Shown: positions 1 to 14,070 of the stretch, in pieces
Layout: every line of letters begins with the position of its first letter
Position numbering within the stretch: the first letter of the stretch is position 1
NCBI RefSeq assembly: GCF_964194155.1
Contig: NC_135902.1
Span: 40,238,001 to 40,302,000 of the forward strand
Length of the DNA: 64,000 bases
Source of the DNA: Cetorhinus maximus
Lineage: Eukaryota
Direction: 5' to 3'
Position numbers and translations under genes: made by a program
The notes under the pieces: generated by a model
Database searches by the model: none
The model's input: only the letters and a program-made list of their open reading frames with translations
What the model was told of the DNA's origin: nothing

Positions 1-611
1 CATGCAATTCCATTCTCAAACTCATCCACTGCCATAAAGAACATGGATACTGCTTTGGATTTGGAGCTTTGCCAACTGAAACATTGCAGAGGCTGACCAG
101 GAAAAAGGGCAAGTGGTTGTGGGAGGAGATTGTAGTCTCTGTGGAGTCACTCATTGGTGCATCCAGGAGGCCCCTATAATCTTAATATTGCATTTCTCCA
201 TTATTAAATTATAATTTCTTAAACTGCCTGGTGTATTTTCAAGCCTGTTGTCATCATTGGTTAAGATTGTGAATGGTTCACTTTTATGCTATCTGCGTCA
301 GTAGAGTTCACTATACTTACCATGTACATTTGTGTAAGAAAATATATTGATTTTAAAATGTCCTAACTCACGGTAGTTGCAAATAAACATGGGATGTGAC
401 CAGATTAAAATTAATTTCTAAACTTTTGAAAATATAACCTAAAATTCTTTTGATTGAAAATGGGCCTTTGATTTCTGCCTTTGTCACTTGGTGTTTTCAG
501 CTCGTGTTAGTGGAATGCCATGAAGGTGACATTTTATGGGTCAAGCCCACCCCCTCATAATCAGTAATTGCAATTATTTATGTTGTAAGAAAGGTTTGTA
601 TTTATAAAAGC

Positions 612-736
612 CCTTATCAGATCTCTATATATAACCGTAGACTACGGATAACTACCTACCTACCTTATCAGATCTCTGTATACCGTTGTAGACTCTGGCT
701 ATTTACCTACTTTCCTGCCTAACTTATCAGATCTTT
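612..736. repeat. Degenerate tandem repeat, ~52-58 bp unit, ~2.3 copies
   Basis: CTTATCAGATCT recurs at ~613, ~664 and ~723; the first two copies are followed by GTAGACT..TACCTAC. Confidence 0.7.
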
Positions 737-1489
737 CAGAAATGACTCAGCGTTTAAGGTAGAAGCACCTTCCTTCTGGAAAAAAATTAAGGATGCAGGA
801 ATCTGAATTATAAAATCCCGTTGCTGTTAGTCATCACAATCAGCTATGAAAATCTGCACTGCATAATCCTGTAAACAACTTGTAATGGGTTTTAAGTAAC
901 ATAAATAATCTGGTTGATGTAAATGGGCAATGACCATGTAACATGTAAAAGCATAAGAATCATCAGGAACAAGTATCTCAATTACACTGGAATCTTTTAT
1001 TTTGCAAACATTTATGTGAGGGTGGGGAGGAGGCGCTGGTTGGGGGGGAGGTGTTTGTCATTATCCTCCAAGTGATCATACAAAAATAATTAAAAGTAAC
1101 ATGACCAACTCTATGCAGAATTGTTACCAACTCTATAGATTACAATTCTTGTCTTTTATCACAAAAATAGCTAATTTTAATGAAGGTGCATTATCCAAAC
1201 AGGAACATAGACACTAAACAAAAGAAACACGCATTTAAAGCTGCATTTTGCAGCTGATCTAATGGACTTTTCCATCTCCTGTTTCTATAAGTTGTAAACC
1301 TCTCTATTCCAATTATACAAACTTTCTTATTCACTTGCCCATTAATTTGCTAGCACACACTAATACAAGATACTTAAAGTTGAACAGGTAATATACAACC
1401 ACATATAACATATAAAACCAGAAAGCTCAAGTGATAGACTGAGTTCTTTCCACAACTGAGAAATGAATGTAACTTAATGGCAGCTGTCG

Positions 1490-2425
1490 TAGGAACATAG
1501 GACCAGGAGCTGGTCATTCGGGTCCTCAAGCCTGTCCTGCCATTCAATGAAATCATGGATGATCTTTATCCTAATTCCATCCACCTGCCTTGGTTCCTTG
1601 ATACCCATGGCTGACAAAAATCTATTAATCTCAGATTTAAAATTAATTAAACTACCATCTACTGCTTTTTGTGGCAGAGCGTTCTATACTCCAAAGACCT
1701 TTGGCATGAAGAAGTGCTTCCTAACTTCTATTCTGAATAGGCTGGCTCTGATTTTAAGATTATGTCCCTTTGTCCTAGATTTACCCCACCAGTAGGAAAA
1801 TGTTTCTGCTATCCACCTTACCAATTCTTCAGAAAACCCAAAAACTTAATCAATTCAACCCTGGAAACTCATTATTCCAGGAAATGCAAGCCTAGTTTAT
1901 GTAATCTCTCCACATAATTTGCTCCGTGGAGTCCCTATAGCATTCTGATGAACATGCACTTCTTCCAAGGCCAATTTATCCTTTCTTAGATGCAGTATCT
2001 AGAACGATACCAAGTAACCAGGGCTTTGTATAGTGGTAACAAATCCCTATTTCACTAACATTCCAGTAGATTTTTTAAATTATTTTTTGTACCTGACAAC
2101 TATACTTTCATCATTTGTGTCCCTGGCTTCCCAAATATCTTTGGACCACCACCATCCTTAGCTTTTGTCATTTAAAAAAAATCAGATCTATCCTTTTTGG
2201 TGCAAAATGAATGACCTCACACTTCACGGTTTGCCACTCTCTGCTTATCAATGTCTCTTTGTAATTTTATGCTCCTGTCTGCCCTACTTACCATGCCACC
2301 AATCACTATCATCAGCAAACTTAGGTAACACATTAGAGAACCATATATCTATAGTCATTGATAAATGTAGTGAATAATCGAGGTCCCAGATCCTTGTAGA
2401 TCACCATTAGTCACTTCCTTCCAAT
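1490..2425 (-). mobile_element. Degraded CR1-type LINE 3' portion
   Basis: Tail 'aggaacatagg..gccattcaatgaaatcatgg' resembles the 3' end of the CR1 copy at 41049; decayed RT C-terminal remnants lie on the minus strand. Confidence 0.65.
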
Positions 2426-2442
2426 TCAAGTATATATACGTT

Positions 2443-2900
2443 GGGCAGAATTTTGCCGTTGGCGAGCAGGCGTGGGGCCTGCTCGCCAACACATAAAATA
2501 ACGCGGGATCACGTTGGGCAGAACCCCCGACATCATCCCGGTCCATTTAAATTTTCAGGAAGGCGGGCCCGCAGCAAAATCAGCTGTCCGCCCGCCGACC
2601 TGTCAATGGCCAATTGAGGCCATTGACAGAAGCAATTATACAATTAAAGGACCTGCCCGTCCTTAAGGTTGGTGGGCAGGCCAGGAGACCGGGCGGGCAA
2701 TAGAAAAAACATGAAACCTCATCCACCGGCGGGATGAGGTTTCATGTAGGGTTTTTAAAAGTTTAATAAACTTGTATGTAAACTATGAACATGTCCCATT
2801 TCATGTGACATTGCCACATGAGGGGGACATGTTAGGGAATTTTTTTTTCCATTTTAAATATTTTTAAAAGTGTCAGCGATCTCCCTGAGGCAGCACTTAG
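2443..2900. repeat. GC/CpG-rich interspersed repeat, unclassified (possible non-autonomous DNA transposon end)
   Basis: Abrupt CpG-rich block starting GGGCAGAATTTTGCC in an AT-rich background; similar terminal-like words at ~7397 (GGCAAAATCCAGCC) and ~16041. Confidence 0.4.
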
Positions 2901-5900
2901 AACAACAATGTTCTTCAAGTGGGTCAGATGACATCCAATAACATTTTTGTAGTTTAGATTTGTGATCTGAATCCTCAGACTAATTTGTGAATTTATTTGC
3001 ATGTGACTCTTATTGTTACAATATTGAAAACATTTCTAACTTTGTTACTACATTTTGGTTTAAGGATGGTTCATGAGAAATACTGCATTTATGATGTAGA
3101 GTATGTTGTACTTCCATGGTATTTATTGCAGTGAATTATTGGAGAATTGAATACACTGTATGTATAGAGAATGTATTGACTGGGTGGTGCGAAACTTCAT
3201 ATACTAGGTGTTTATGATTAGCTTGTTAAATAACCATCAGACAGTAGTACAACAAAACCCATCTACTGAGCATATGATAGTAGCTTTGACACTAAACTAT
3301 TTCAAGGCCAGACTGAAGTTAATTATCATAGGGCTGTAGTCTATAATTGTATTGGATTTATTCCCTGGATCATTAACTTGAAAGTTTGAAATGTATTTTA
3401 GAACATTAGTTCTAAAGTGACGTATGGCACTGGGCAACAGTCATGCCCAAGGCAAATATATATATGTTTGATAATGAGCCTGTTAAAAACTTAGAGTTTC
3501 CCAAAAACAAACCTGAGTGCAACAAAGTCATAGAATGATGTATCAAAATAGTAAGTGAAAACATCCTACACAATACAATTTTTTACATTCCACAACCAAT
3601 CCTAAAGATATAGGAACACAGTGAGGAAATCTGTTCCATGTGAAACAAGTGGCTGCATACTTAATGTGTGTTAGGAGCTACAAATATTGTCTCAGACACA
3701 TGTAATACATACATTTTTAGAGAATATATAATTTGGCATTTGAGAAGCTCAGTATAATTTCTCCAGCAAAACCAAAAATCTTTATTGCAAGGTTACATAT
3801 TTTTAATTTATTTGAAATTGTCACAAATTAATTAACCCATTCTGTATATTTCCCTAATTGAAATTCCATATATTATATGAATATACAGAAAAACTCAGTC
3901 ATTCAAAAAATGTTTTTCTTTTAACTGTATTTTAAACTCAAAAACTTTTCTCACTGATCAATCGGAGAATGGATTCCATTGTAGCCATAAGAAATATTCA
4001 CTTCCTAGGTGGAACTCCCCAGTTTATCTTTGGCAAATTATTAGCAGAGTCTTCTCTGCTCATTTGCTATTACCTCTTCTAAAATATTGCTCTTACAGTT
4101 CTAGCTGTCAAACATCTTTTGAACGTTTGGGATGATTTTATACACCTCAAGACACTCATAACAACCAAAAGCTATGTTTATATTAACACAGGCTTCACTT
4201 GTAATGCACTGAATTTCTTAAAGTAAAGCTGTTGCTCAAAATTTGCAAAGCTTGATTTTGTTTACAAAGGATGTGTACACACTTGTTAGTTCAGAATTGA
4301 ATAACAATGCAATGAACAGTGAAGTAAAGGTTGCCTGGTACTTTGGTAACACTAAATAATGCAGGGGATTACATTTACCTTGATTCAAATTTCTGAATCG
4401 GCTGTGGAGGGTCCAAAATGCGACAACTTTGATATCAAAATTGGAATGGTTATGGACCTCTTGTCTTGCAGAGGTAAAACATCTACATCTGATTCAGGCA
4501 AGAGTCTCAACCTAATCAATTTTGGAAACAAGATTTAGAACTGTTCCTTTCTGAGGTCTTAAGTAATGGATATTTCTGGAAGAAAATGAATATTTGTTTG
4601 AAACTACATCCTTCTGAACTTCCATTGCTCAAAACACTAAATATTTCATTACAAAAGAAAGTAGGTGAACAGGGAAGGTGCAGGTCACCACCATGTTTGA
4701 CATGGAGATATGTTGGAGTGAGTAGGTAGTATTAATAATACAAATACATTAATTCTTGAGTTTACTTCAGATGGGACCAGTTTAAATCACCTAGGTTTTT
4801 TAGCTTGAAAAAGTCATATTTATCTGTTAATACTTTTATTTTATTGAGGAATTTGGCATTGTAGTTGCAGTTATTAATAATCCCTTGATAAAGTCATTCT
4901 TATTCCCCTGCTAATGGGGCCAATGGTTCAGATTCTTTGTGCTGTAATTTCCACAAGCCCATTAAATAACCAACTAAAATGTATGAAATTGTAAAAATGT
5001 TGTTAATTTCAGATTCCCACTGCCTGCCAGAGATTCCATCCTCAATGTAAAATGGCTACTGTTTCTGGCATGCTTCTGGCAGCCTACAGTCTGACCTTAT
5101 TCGCCAGGTGGTATATGGATAAGCACAGATGCAATGGGCTTCTGGTCGGGACTGTCACTCAACCTGACCTGAATGATGCTGGAGGCAGTTGTGACCTCCC
5201 CCATCCCCTGTACTAAGGGTGTACCACCAGAGCAATGAGGGTGAACTGAATTTTTTTTAAAATAAATAAATAACAATCATTCATCAGAACATAAGCATTT
5301 GCAAATAAGTTTTGTCTGACCTACAGATTGACTATATCCATGCAAAAATATAATTTAAAATATATATAGTTTAAAAAAAATTCACATTCCTGCACCAAGA
5401 AAATGCCTAAATCTCGAGATTAGAGTTGCATCCCTGCAATGTTGTTGACTTTACTTTTCACTGCAACCTGTCATAAAACTGAACAAAAGCTTCAGTGCAT
5501 TAATGGACTCAGTTGGAATAGCTCAGCGCTCTGCTGTAAAAATTGCTGCCAGAATTCACAACACATGTAATCATGAGTGGCCATTGATGAAACGAGACCC
5601 ATTTTCCCCAGGGTGGACTACAACCCAATTCCTGTCAGCAAAAAAAAAACTTAAAAACTGTAGTCCACCAAAGTCTCTTAACCAGCATCATTTTCTTATG
5701 TCAAAGCTAAATGCATTGTGTGCCTGTACTGAACATAAGAGTATTGTTTGTTTTTACTGCGTGTGGTTGTAGCATTTACAATAGTTAAAAGTTGAAACAA
5801 GGTGACCTGTGTGAGCAACCAATAAATATGGAAAGGCAAGTTTTTGGATAGTGGAGCATTAGACATGGGGGAACATGTTCTGAAAAGGTGGTAGGAGTTT

Positions 5901-7249
5901 GTATTAATTTTCGAGCAGGAGCATCATTTTAGCTGAAGTACAGACAGTGGAGGAGAATGTTGCAATCAGAAGGTTCTGAAATAGAACAAAATGCTTCTAA
6001 CCGCCAGTAATAAAAGCACATTGATTACTAGATTCCTTGAAACTCTTTCATTTTTTATGTGATTGTAATTTAGACATCTTATTAACCAATTTGAAACTCC
6101 TACACACTATTATTTGCCACTTGGGTCTCCAGCATGGAGGTAAATCAACTTAAAGAGATCTCATTTCCTGGGCAATTCTCATGCACATGTGGAAGCTATT
6201 ACAAACTGAAGGTATATTATTTAAATTTCAGAAATTAAATTCTACTTTAGTGGCATTTTTGATCCATGAAATGGTTTGCTCCAATCTGTAACTCACCCTG
6301 AACTGGCTTTGAGAAAGGAGCTATGAAGTTGACAAGTAAATAAATGCTTGCTTTTAAAATGGGCCATACAGTGTGACTCTAAATGAATCAATTCCAGGGC
6401 TTGACCTGAAACCATTTTGTTTCACTGTTGTAGGTTTGGATTGTAGTGCATTGTTGGGATATCCAGGTGTAGCAAAAAGAAATCAACTAACTAGGAACAA
6501 AAATAATTCACTGGTTAACATTGACTCCATGGCTGGGTGGACACAGTTGGCCCCAGGCCTTTTGACTACACTTGTTCCAATCTCACAAGTCGAAATGATT
6601 TTATGTATTCCCTCACCCTTACTGCTTGATGAATAGCCAGATGTTAGAGTGGTACAACAAAAGCAAATGTATGAAGAATTACATGTCATTGATGATCATT
6701 ACAGGGATCTTGGGCACAACTTATGTGAATTGAATTTGTAATCATTATCAAATGTAACCCAGCATCGCCTAGGGGTCTCTCTCTGGTATAACATTGCCCC
6801 AAACCCATTCTCATTTACCAGGATAAACCTATGGAATAAGAATGTGGAAAAATGGCTCCTGAAATGGCTGCAGTAATTCATCAGTCAAGATTCAGTGTTT
6901 GTCTAAACATAAAACATTTTAAATGGCCGCCTTGTGAGCTGGGTCGTTACTTCTCGACAATTTCAATTAGAGGAAAAATGTATCAGAACTGAAAAATAAA
7001 GAACAGCTTTCAAAGCCAGGTCACAGAGAGAAAAAAAAAGAAAGGATCCTGGTTAACACCGCTTTGTTATTTCTGAAACAGGTCAGGATTTACTCCTGAA
7101 GTAAAGCAGCAGATGTCAAAAACGATATATGCAGATCAAGTACAGGCCACCAGTTCACTGATTCACAGAAAATGGAATTGCACTGGAGCTCATTGTATCA
7201 ATATGCAAACACTCCAGTTACTTGGGAAAAGCCTGGGGTGATATATATT

Positions 7250-7340
7250 CTGACGAAAGGTCGGGCTAATGCAGTTTCTCTCTCCACAGGTGCTGCCTAA
7301 CCTGCTGAGCATTGCCAGTAGTTCCTGCTTTTACTTCTGA
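7250..7340 (+). mobile_element. Short Penelope-terminus-derived repeat fragment
   Basis: CTGACGAAAGGTC..CTCTCTCCACAGGTGCTGCCTAACCTGCTGAG matches the terminus of the element at 27961-28104. Confidence 0.6.
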
Positions 7341-8113
7341 CAGCCGGTCATGCCGTGTGCTTTGCTAAACGCGGAGCTCCTGCACACCCCAGGCAGAGGC
7401 AAAATCCAGCCATCAGCCAATTAATTCACCAGTTAACTTTCTGTCCTGTAAATCTACAGAGAACCGGGTGACAGGGGCTTCAATGCTTAAACTCCCCACC
7501 CAGACGAGGTTCACTGAAACAGCGACCACTAAGCTGGCGCACAGGAGAACTATGCTGAAGCATTGCCAAGTTAACGTCACTGGACTAGGTGTTTACCATG
7601 TGGTTATCCTGGGCGGGCTTTCACACAGAAAGCAGTTTGTTAACCTAGTGGAATATGAAGCAATGACACTGTGGGAACGTTACCCCCGCCCGCAGCTGAA
7701 CGCATTTGCAGGAGCGAAAGCTGTGGTTAGACTTGTCCTGCAGTAAACAGCAGCGCTGCTCCGATTGAAAGTTCAGCTGTGGTGCAGTTGCTGTACACAA
7801 TATCGGCACGGATGCACTGATTTATGGGAGTGCGTGTGCAACACGAGATTAAATAATGGGAATTTGTGACTTGGTGGTGCACCAGTTTTTTTGGGGGGGG
7901 TTGGGGGTGGGGGGTCCCATGACTGCCCACATTAAAATCCGGTCTCAGTTGCAATGAGACTGGGAGCCTTGCAAGCTGGTGAGGTGAGGTCGGATTTGCA
8001 CGACTCGGGTCCAACAGCCCCTGGAGGTGAGGTTTACCTGTGGCTGGACACTGGAGAAGAGGCAGCCAGCTCCATGCACGCTCATCCCTGCCCCTGCCCG
8101 GCCGGGACGGGTT

Positions 8114-9247
8114 TTAAATACTGGTTTGGAGGTCATCGCCATTGAGTAAAGTCCTCTGAGTCTCGGTGACATCGTGCAGCCTGGACTTGTCCTGGTGGCT
8201 GTCGGTGCGGTCCGCCTCGTCCAGGCCGCTCACCGCCTTCAGGCACAGCACGTTCTGGAAACTCTTCTTGAAGTTGTCGGACAGAAAGGCGTAGAGGATG
8301 GGGTTGGCGCAGCTGTTGGCGTAGGAGAGGATGACCACGAACTCGTAGAAGCCTTTCATGGCCAGGGTGGGCTTGACGTCCACGGCCAGGGGCAGGAAGT
8401 TGAAGATGTAGAAAGGCAGCCAGCAGAACACAAAGACCGCCACCACGATGGAGACCATGCGGGTGACTTTCTTCTCGGATTTCTTGCGCTTGGAGGATCC
8501 CACGCGGATCCCTGAGGCTTTCACCTTGATAATGATCATGAGGTAGCAGAGGCAGATGATGGTCAGGGGCAGGAAGAAGCCCAGAGCGAAGGTGTAGATG
8601 CTAAAGGCTGTGTACCAGGAGGGGCTCTGGCTGGGCCAGGTGATGGTGCAGCTGCTCCTGCCATTCCGGGTCTGTACAGCCGAGTAGATCATGATGGGCA
8701 GAATGACCAGCAGGGAGATGAACCACACCGCCCCGTTCACCAGCTTAGCCAGGCGCGGCTTGCGCCACTTGGAGGACTTGATGGGGTGAACCACAGCCAG
8801 GTAGCGGTCAATGCTCATCACGGTCAGGCAGAAGATGCTGGTGAACTGGTTGATGCCGTCCAATGTCATGAGCACCCTGCAGGCAGCCTGGCCAAAGGGC
8901 CAGTGGGCCAGGGCCGCCTGGGTGGCGAAGAAGGGCAGCGCCACCATGAAGAGCTCGTCCGCTATGGCCAAGTTGAGGATGTAGATGTTGGTTACCGTCT
9001 TCATTTTGGCGTAGCGGAGGATCACATAGATGACCAGCGTGTTCCCGCTGAGGCCCACCACACACACCACGAAATAGATGAAAGGGAGGAAGACACTGCC
9101 GCTCATGTCAACGCCGGGCTGGTTGGAGGGCTTGCTGGTGTTTCGGGTAAGGTTGGAGTCGATCTCGGTGGAGAGGTTTCCTCCCTCGTACGTTTCGAAG
9201 AGCCATTCTGCCGTTGTGGTCAGCTGGATGGAGATGTCCAAAGCCAT
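8114..9247 (-). CDS. SSTR2: Somatostatin receptor type 2 (class A GPCR), 377 aa, intronless CDS
   Basis: 7TM motifs [57 protein letters not shown]; SSTR2-specific [34 protein letters not shown] and C-terminal [16 protein letters not shown]; divergent from SLC39A11 as in human. Confidence 0.96.
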   Translation of the reverse strand: MALDISIQLTTTAEWLFETYEGGNLSTEIDSNLTRNTSKPSNQPGVDMSGSVFLPFIYFVVCVVGLSGNTLVIYVILRYAKMKTVTNIYILNLAIADELFMVALPFFATQAALAHWPFGQAACRVLMTLDGINQFTSIFCLTVMSIDRYLAVVHPIKSSKWRKPRLAKLVNGAVWFISLLVILPIMIYSAVQTRNGRSSCTITWPSQSPSWYTAFSIYTFALGFFLPLTIICLCYLMIIIKVKASGIRVGSSKRKKSEKKVTRMVSIVVAVFVFCWLPFYIFNFLPLAVDVKPTLAMKGFYEFVVILSYANSCANPILYAFLSDNFKKSFQNVLCLKAVSGLDEADRTDSHQDKSRLHDVTETQRTLLNGDDLQTSI

Positions 9248-9313
9248 CTTGGGTTGCCCTGGACTGACGGCTCGCCTCAGCCTGGGCTACTGACTGAGCA
9301 TTATAAACAGCAC

Positions 9314-10360
9314 CTGAAGCAAAAAGATATAGCTTTACTCAGCATCGGCCATTACACACTAGTGCACCAGGAAATATACTTTAAACTTCTAAAAAAAAAT
9401 CAGCAAAAAGACAAATAGCCGGGTCTGCAGGTCATTGTACACAGTGATATCAGTGCACAGAGAGTTTGGCACCTGCATTCCGTTTTAAGCATTGGTTTTT
9501 CCAGCGATTATGATTCTAATTCTTAAATCCTTCCTGTAAAATCGAGATCCCATCAACCCTTGTCTTTTTCTCCAGTCGTTTTCTGTCATTTTTATCGAGT
9601 AGAGGTATTATAGAGAGAGATAAAACCTTCACGAGATTGATACAATATGCAAATCGGGCAGCTTTTCCCCCCATTTAAACTGTGAGCAGACTCAATCCGA
9701 TCGATAAGAGAGAAAATATGGGAATCCATTTAGCAAAACAAAAGCTCACTGTTAATCTCGGCATTTCACTTATTCTGACAACCTCTGGGTTCCTGAGCAT
9801 CAGAAACCTGCGAGACTCCGAGTGACTGACAGATGAGGGTAAATGGAATTCTCTCTCTGAAAAGGTCAGAAACGCTGAACGTCTCCCAAAAAAAAAAGAC
9901 ATCAATTCAAAGGTGTCAATCAAGCCTCGGTATCTATCTTCGAATTTTGAGGATTTTCAGATTGATTTTCCCCACCACACGCAAAGCAACGTGGAAAATA
10001 AAGTGCAACTTGTCCTCAATGTTTTGTGCTGTACATTTCTATGCCCTGTTACTTATCGTCTCTATGTGCCTGTATGGAGAAGGTTGGATACCTGTGGAAT
10101 TCGTAGTGCCCAGGTGGATCTAAAGGTGGAAAAAGACTGTTAGGTTCCACCCCCTCCCCTTGCACATCGGCGAGATTACACAGCTGATGGCACATTTGGA
10201 AACCCTAACTCTTCCGAACCCCGGGGGAATCGTCCTCAGTAACAACCGAGAGGCGTCTGTCTGCATTGCTGTATTAACCATTGATACTACCCAACTCAAA
10301 CCATTGGCGACTCGTCACATTCTGAGCTTATCAACCTCGTAACAAAAAAAAAACACTTAC
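9314..10360 (-). other. SSTR2: Predicted 5'UTR intron of SSTR2
   Basis: Minus-strand acceptor TCTTTTTGCTTCAG|G at 9314/9313, 66 nt before the ATG; consensus donor AAG|GTAAGT at 10361/10360. Mammalian SSTR2 also has a non-coding first exon. The donor pairing is inferred. Confidence 0.6.
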
Positions 10361-11700
10361 CTTCCAGGAGGGGGGGAGAGGAGAGAGGGAAAAAAACCCC
10401 AGAAAACGTACAGTAGAGTTCGTCCCTCTTTAACTTTAGAAAACCATTAAAAGACCCATCCGTTTAAATTCACACCCAGTCCAAAAGCAAGACTTCGACC
10501 CTCCTTGGTGTTTAACAGGCGGGACAGCTCGGGGGTCGCTGGGAGCACCTGTCGTTTGGTTGCCAATGTCATGGAAGTCCGTGGAGAGGGCTGGCAGCCG
10601 AGGACCCGAAAGGGTCAGCCAGATCCCAGTGAGAGTTGCTTCGCGCTGCCCGTCCCCAGTAATCTCGGCGACTCTCTCTTCACCCCCTTGCGGAAGCAAC
10701 AGCTCGACTGTTACACACACGATGGAGACAAGAGCTGTGAACGCCGATAGCAATTAATGTTAAATATCTCCGACGTTTCCAACGTATGCTTTTACGTCAG
10801 AGAGCTTAAGGCAGAGAGCGACAGGCATATCCCCGCTAGGCTGCATATGACTGCAGCAACCAGGCAAACACACACACACACACATACACAAATAGATGGG
10901 GTGGGGAAGCCAGACAATTAGCACATCTCTTCAACTGGAAGTATTAATGTTGTAGAAGCAAATTGGGGTTTTAAGAGCATCCTCCTTCTCGAGTCCAGCA
11001 GGATAGGTGAGCAGCCTCGCTCATTCCCATCAAAGACAGGGTTTGTTTGGCCATAGGTGGGCGTTCAGGGCTTGGGTCTCTATGAACTTCCACGCAACTC
11101 TGGAAGCCACTTGCTGGTCTCGTTCCATCTTGGGAGAAATAGTGAAAGCACTCGATGATGCATTGCTACAAATGGTTATATAGCTGAACGGTCGCCTCAG
11201 TTGGCATGCGGGAATGTTCCGTGGTGTCGATTGGTCACTGCTCTCACTTAATGTTTCTCAGGTGCCACCCCTACTCCCACCCCCAACACACACACACACA
11301 CACACACAAAAAGACAAGGAGGCGCCCCCACTATGTGCACGGCAGGTGTGTGGCTGCACAGGAAGTGGGAAAGAAGCGACATTTAAATTGGGTTTAAAAT
11401 GACATTGGTGGAAGGGAGCTGAGCGGCGCCGAGGTGGGTGCGCTGGATTCGCGTGGGTGTAGCAGCTTTTTGCCATGAAACAGCACAGGAGACGTAAAAG
11501 CAAAACCATCGGTGCTATCAACTTGCATTAATGCGAAATGCAAGAGGACAGGGGAATGACAGATTCGACATCAGCGCGAATTCCAGTCAGTTGGGGGAGA
11601 TTTTGGCGAGAGATCACTGCGTCCCCCTCCTGTGACAATGGAAAGCAAAAAAACCCATTCAAACGCACGGCCGGAAAAAATGGTAAGAGAGAACAAATTG
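10361..11700 (-). promoter_or_regulatory. SSTR2: Putative SSTR2 non-coding exon 1 and promoter region
   Basis: CpG-enriched and free of interspersed repeats; CRE-like TTACGTCA at 10792-10799; (CA)n tracts at ~10868-10890 and ~11287-11308. Confidence 0.45.
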
Positions 11701-13799
11701 TGATACGTAGAGTAAATTATATCTGTTCTTAAATTCAGGTAATCAAATTCAAATAATCTTATTTTAACGTGTGCCCTTCCAATTCTACAGCTGCAGGTAT
11801 GTACTCTCGTGCAACCTTAATGCTTTTTCCCCATGTCAGTATCTTATTTGAATTTGTATTGAATATTTTACTTCCTTGCACCGATACACCTGGATTTCAA
11901 TTGCTGCTCTTACAACTTTGCTAAGAACGTTCGCAGTTGGCTGTTAAAGAGGCCAGTGTGAAAGAAGCCAGTGGAATCCTTATTAATATCACTCTCTTTG
12001 ACGGTGACATTGGATTAAGTCGCCAGTCCAGTCTGGGTGGGTGCCGCCTAAAGTGTGTCCCAGTTTCCTGACGTTCATCCCTTAACTACTTCACTTGAAC
12101 CACTAGCGATTTTCTTAACATTTTAATCTAAAGATTTACTTGAGCGTGTCCCGCTTCACAGCTCCTCGTGTTTGAGACTATGGACTTGCATTTTATGGGA
12201 TTCCCTCAACCGTTGCTCGCGGTCGATAATATTTAGCGATGGGTTTAGTGCTTGGATTATGTTGGAATCTGACGGGCTAGGTTCCAACTGCATTCTTATA
12301 ACAACTGGGCACCAATATTGCACTTTCACTAAATCCACTTGAAATTTAAACATGTATACCCTGATTCAACGGAAACCTCAAGCAGTGACATACAAGGAGG
12401 AATTGTATTGTTACAAAGGATATTTACAGTAAGAGAACATCGTAGAATAAGCCTTTAAACTTGTGCCCTTGCAATTCTACAGCTGCAAGTGTGTACTCTC
12501 ATGCAACCTTAATGCTTTTCCCCCCATGTGAGTTAAAATGTCCTTCCTTTTGGAACGCTTAATCCAAATCCTCTGTAACAATGTTCTCTGCCTCAGTTGT
12601 CACTGATGCTCTGGTATGAAAAGCAATTCTAACGCCCCCCACCCCCTTGGTTCCTCGAATGATAATCCTGTGCCCTTTTATTACAATTTGTTTGAACCCA
12701 GATTAGACGCTAGTTTCTTACCTTTTCGTAATTGTTTGGTGCATTATAACTGGCTAGAAAGGTTAATGCAGTAAGTCACATTGAGAAAGTTTGAGGGTTT
12801 GTTTTATTACATTCAAGTGGCAACAAGAACAGGGTTTGTAACTTGGGTTGCCATAGCAACTAACCATTCTAACTACCATTGGAGTTAAGAGAAGCTTGAA
12901 GTAAAATTGTTGAACTAGACAAAAGTTAGACAATCTATGGCAAAATAGTTTATGACTTAGCTACAGTAAATAAGATCCTGAATAAGGGAAGAGTGCAATT
13001 ACTCTGGGAGGTTTGCAGACAGAAAATAATTGATGTAATGTGGAACATGTGCCTTCTGCAGAGGGTAAGAACATGGATGAACTGATGGCATTTAGGCATC
13101 TCTGCTATATTAGAACACCAGATGGTACCATGCTGTAAGTCAACGATTAACACACAGGCTGCCAGTACTTTTCCCTTGTATTGGTTTCAATACCTGGTGT
13201 TCCTTGATGGCCTCTGGCTCACAGGATTCTATTTAGTGGAGAATTAATGTGATGTATCTTTTTTTAACCTGCTGTTGATGCTCCCTATGCTTCAGCAACA
13301 ACTCTAATCTTTCCTTCCTAAACACATTAAAGAGTAAGAGGAGGAAAATGCCCATTTTTAGATATACCTATTGATGTATGACAGTTTCTGCCTTCCAAAT
13401 TTCAATAATTGACTCCAGATTGTAAACATCTGCTTTTCATGATTTGCCCTTGGAAATTTCTCACAAATTGGGTACATCAAGTAATTGTATCTACAATAAA
13501 CACTGGAAAAATGTTCATAACTATCCGCATTGGAAAGTGCTTGCTATGGTCAAAACTAAACTCAAATACCAAGTAAAGACTGGTGTTCTAAAATAAATAT
13601 TTTTTTTTACTTCAATCTGCGTTGAAGGTATGTCAGCAATTAGAGTTTGTCCTTGCTTTTTTTCTGAATCTTGCTGCAAAAATCAACTGCTGTAGATGGA
13701 CCAGTGTTCCCAATGATCAGAGAACTGGAATCTTGAAATGGATTGTTTATAATCTGGACCCTGTCACACATCACTAGAAATAATTAAGGTTATTTGTCT

Positions 13800-14070
13800 C
13801 CCATTTAAGATGGAGACGAGGAAGATTTTCTTCTCTCAGAGGGTCGTTAGACTTTGGAATTCTCTTCACCAGAGAGCAGTGGAGGCTGGGTCATTGAATA
13901 TATTTAAGGCTGAGTTAGATTTTTGATTGACAAGGGAGTCAAAGGTTATGGGGGCGGGCAGGAATGTGGAGTTAAGACCACAATCAGATCAGCCATGATC
14001 TTATTGAATGGCGAAGCAGGCTCGAGGGGCTGAATAGCCTACTCTTGCTCCTATTTCTTATGTCCTTATT
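13800..14070 (+). mobile_element. CR1 LINE 3' fragment
   Basis: Encodes ..FFSQRVVRLWNSL..AVEA.SL.IFKAELD and ends in a TCTTATGTCCTTA tail; similar to the 41049 copy. Confidence 0.8.

Noticed and set aside
8174-9418. Plus-strand ORFs of 113-210 aa overlapping SSTR2
   Set aside because: Antisense shadows of a GC3-rich CDS; no independent motifs.
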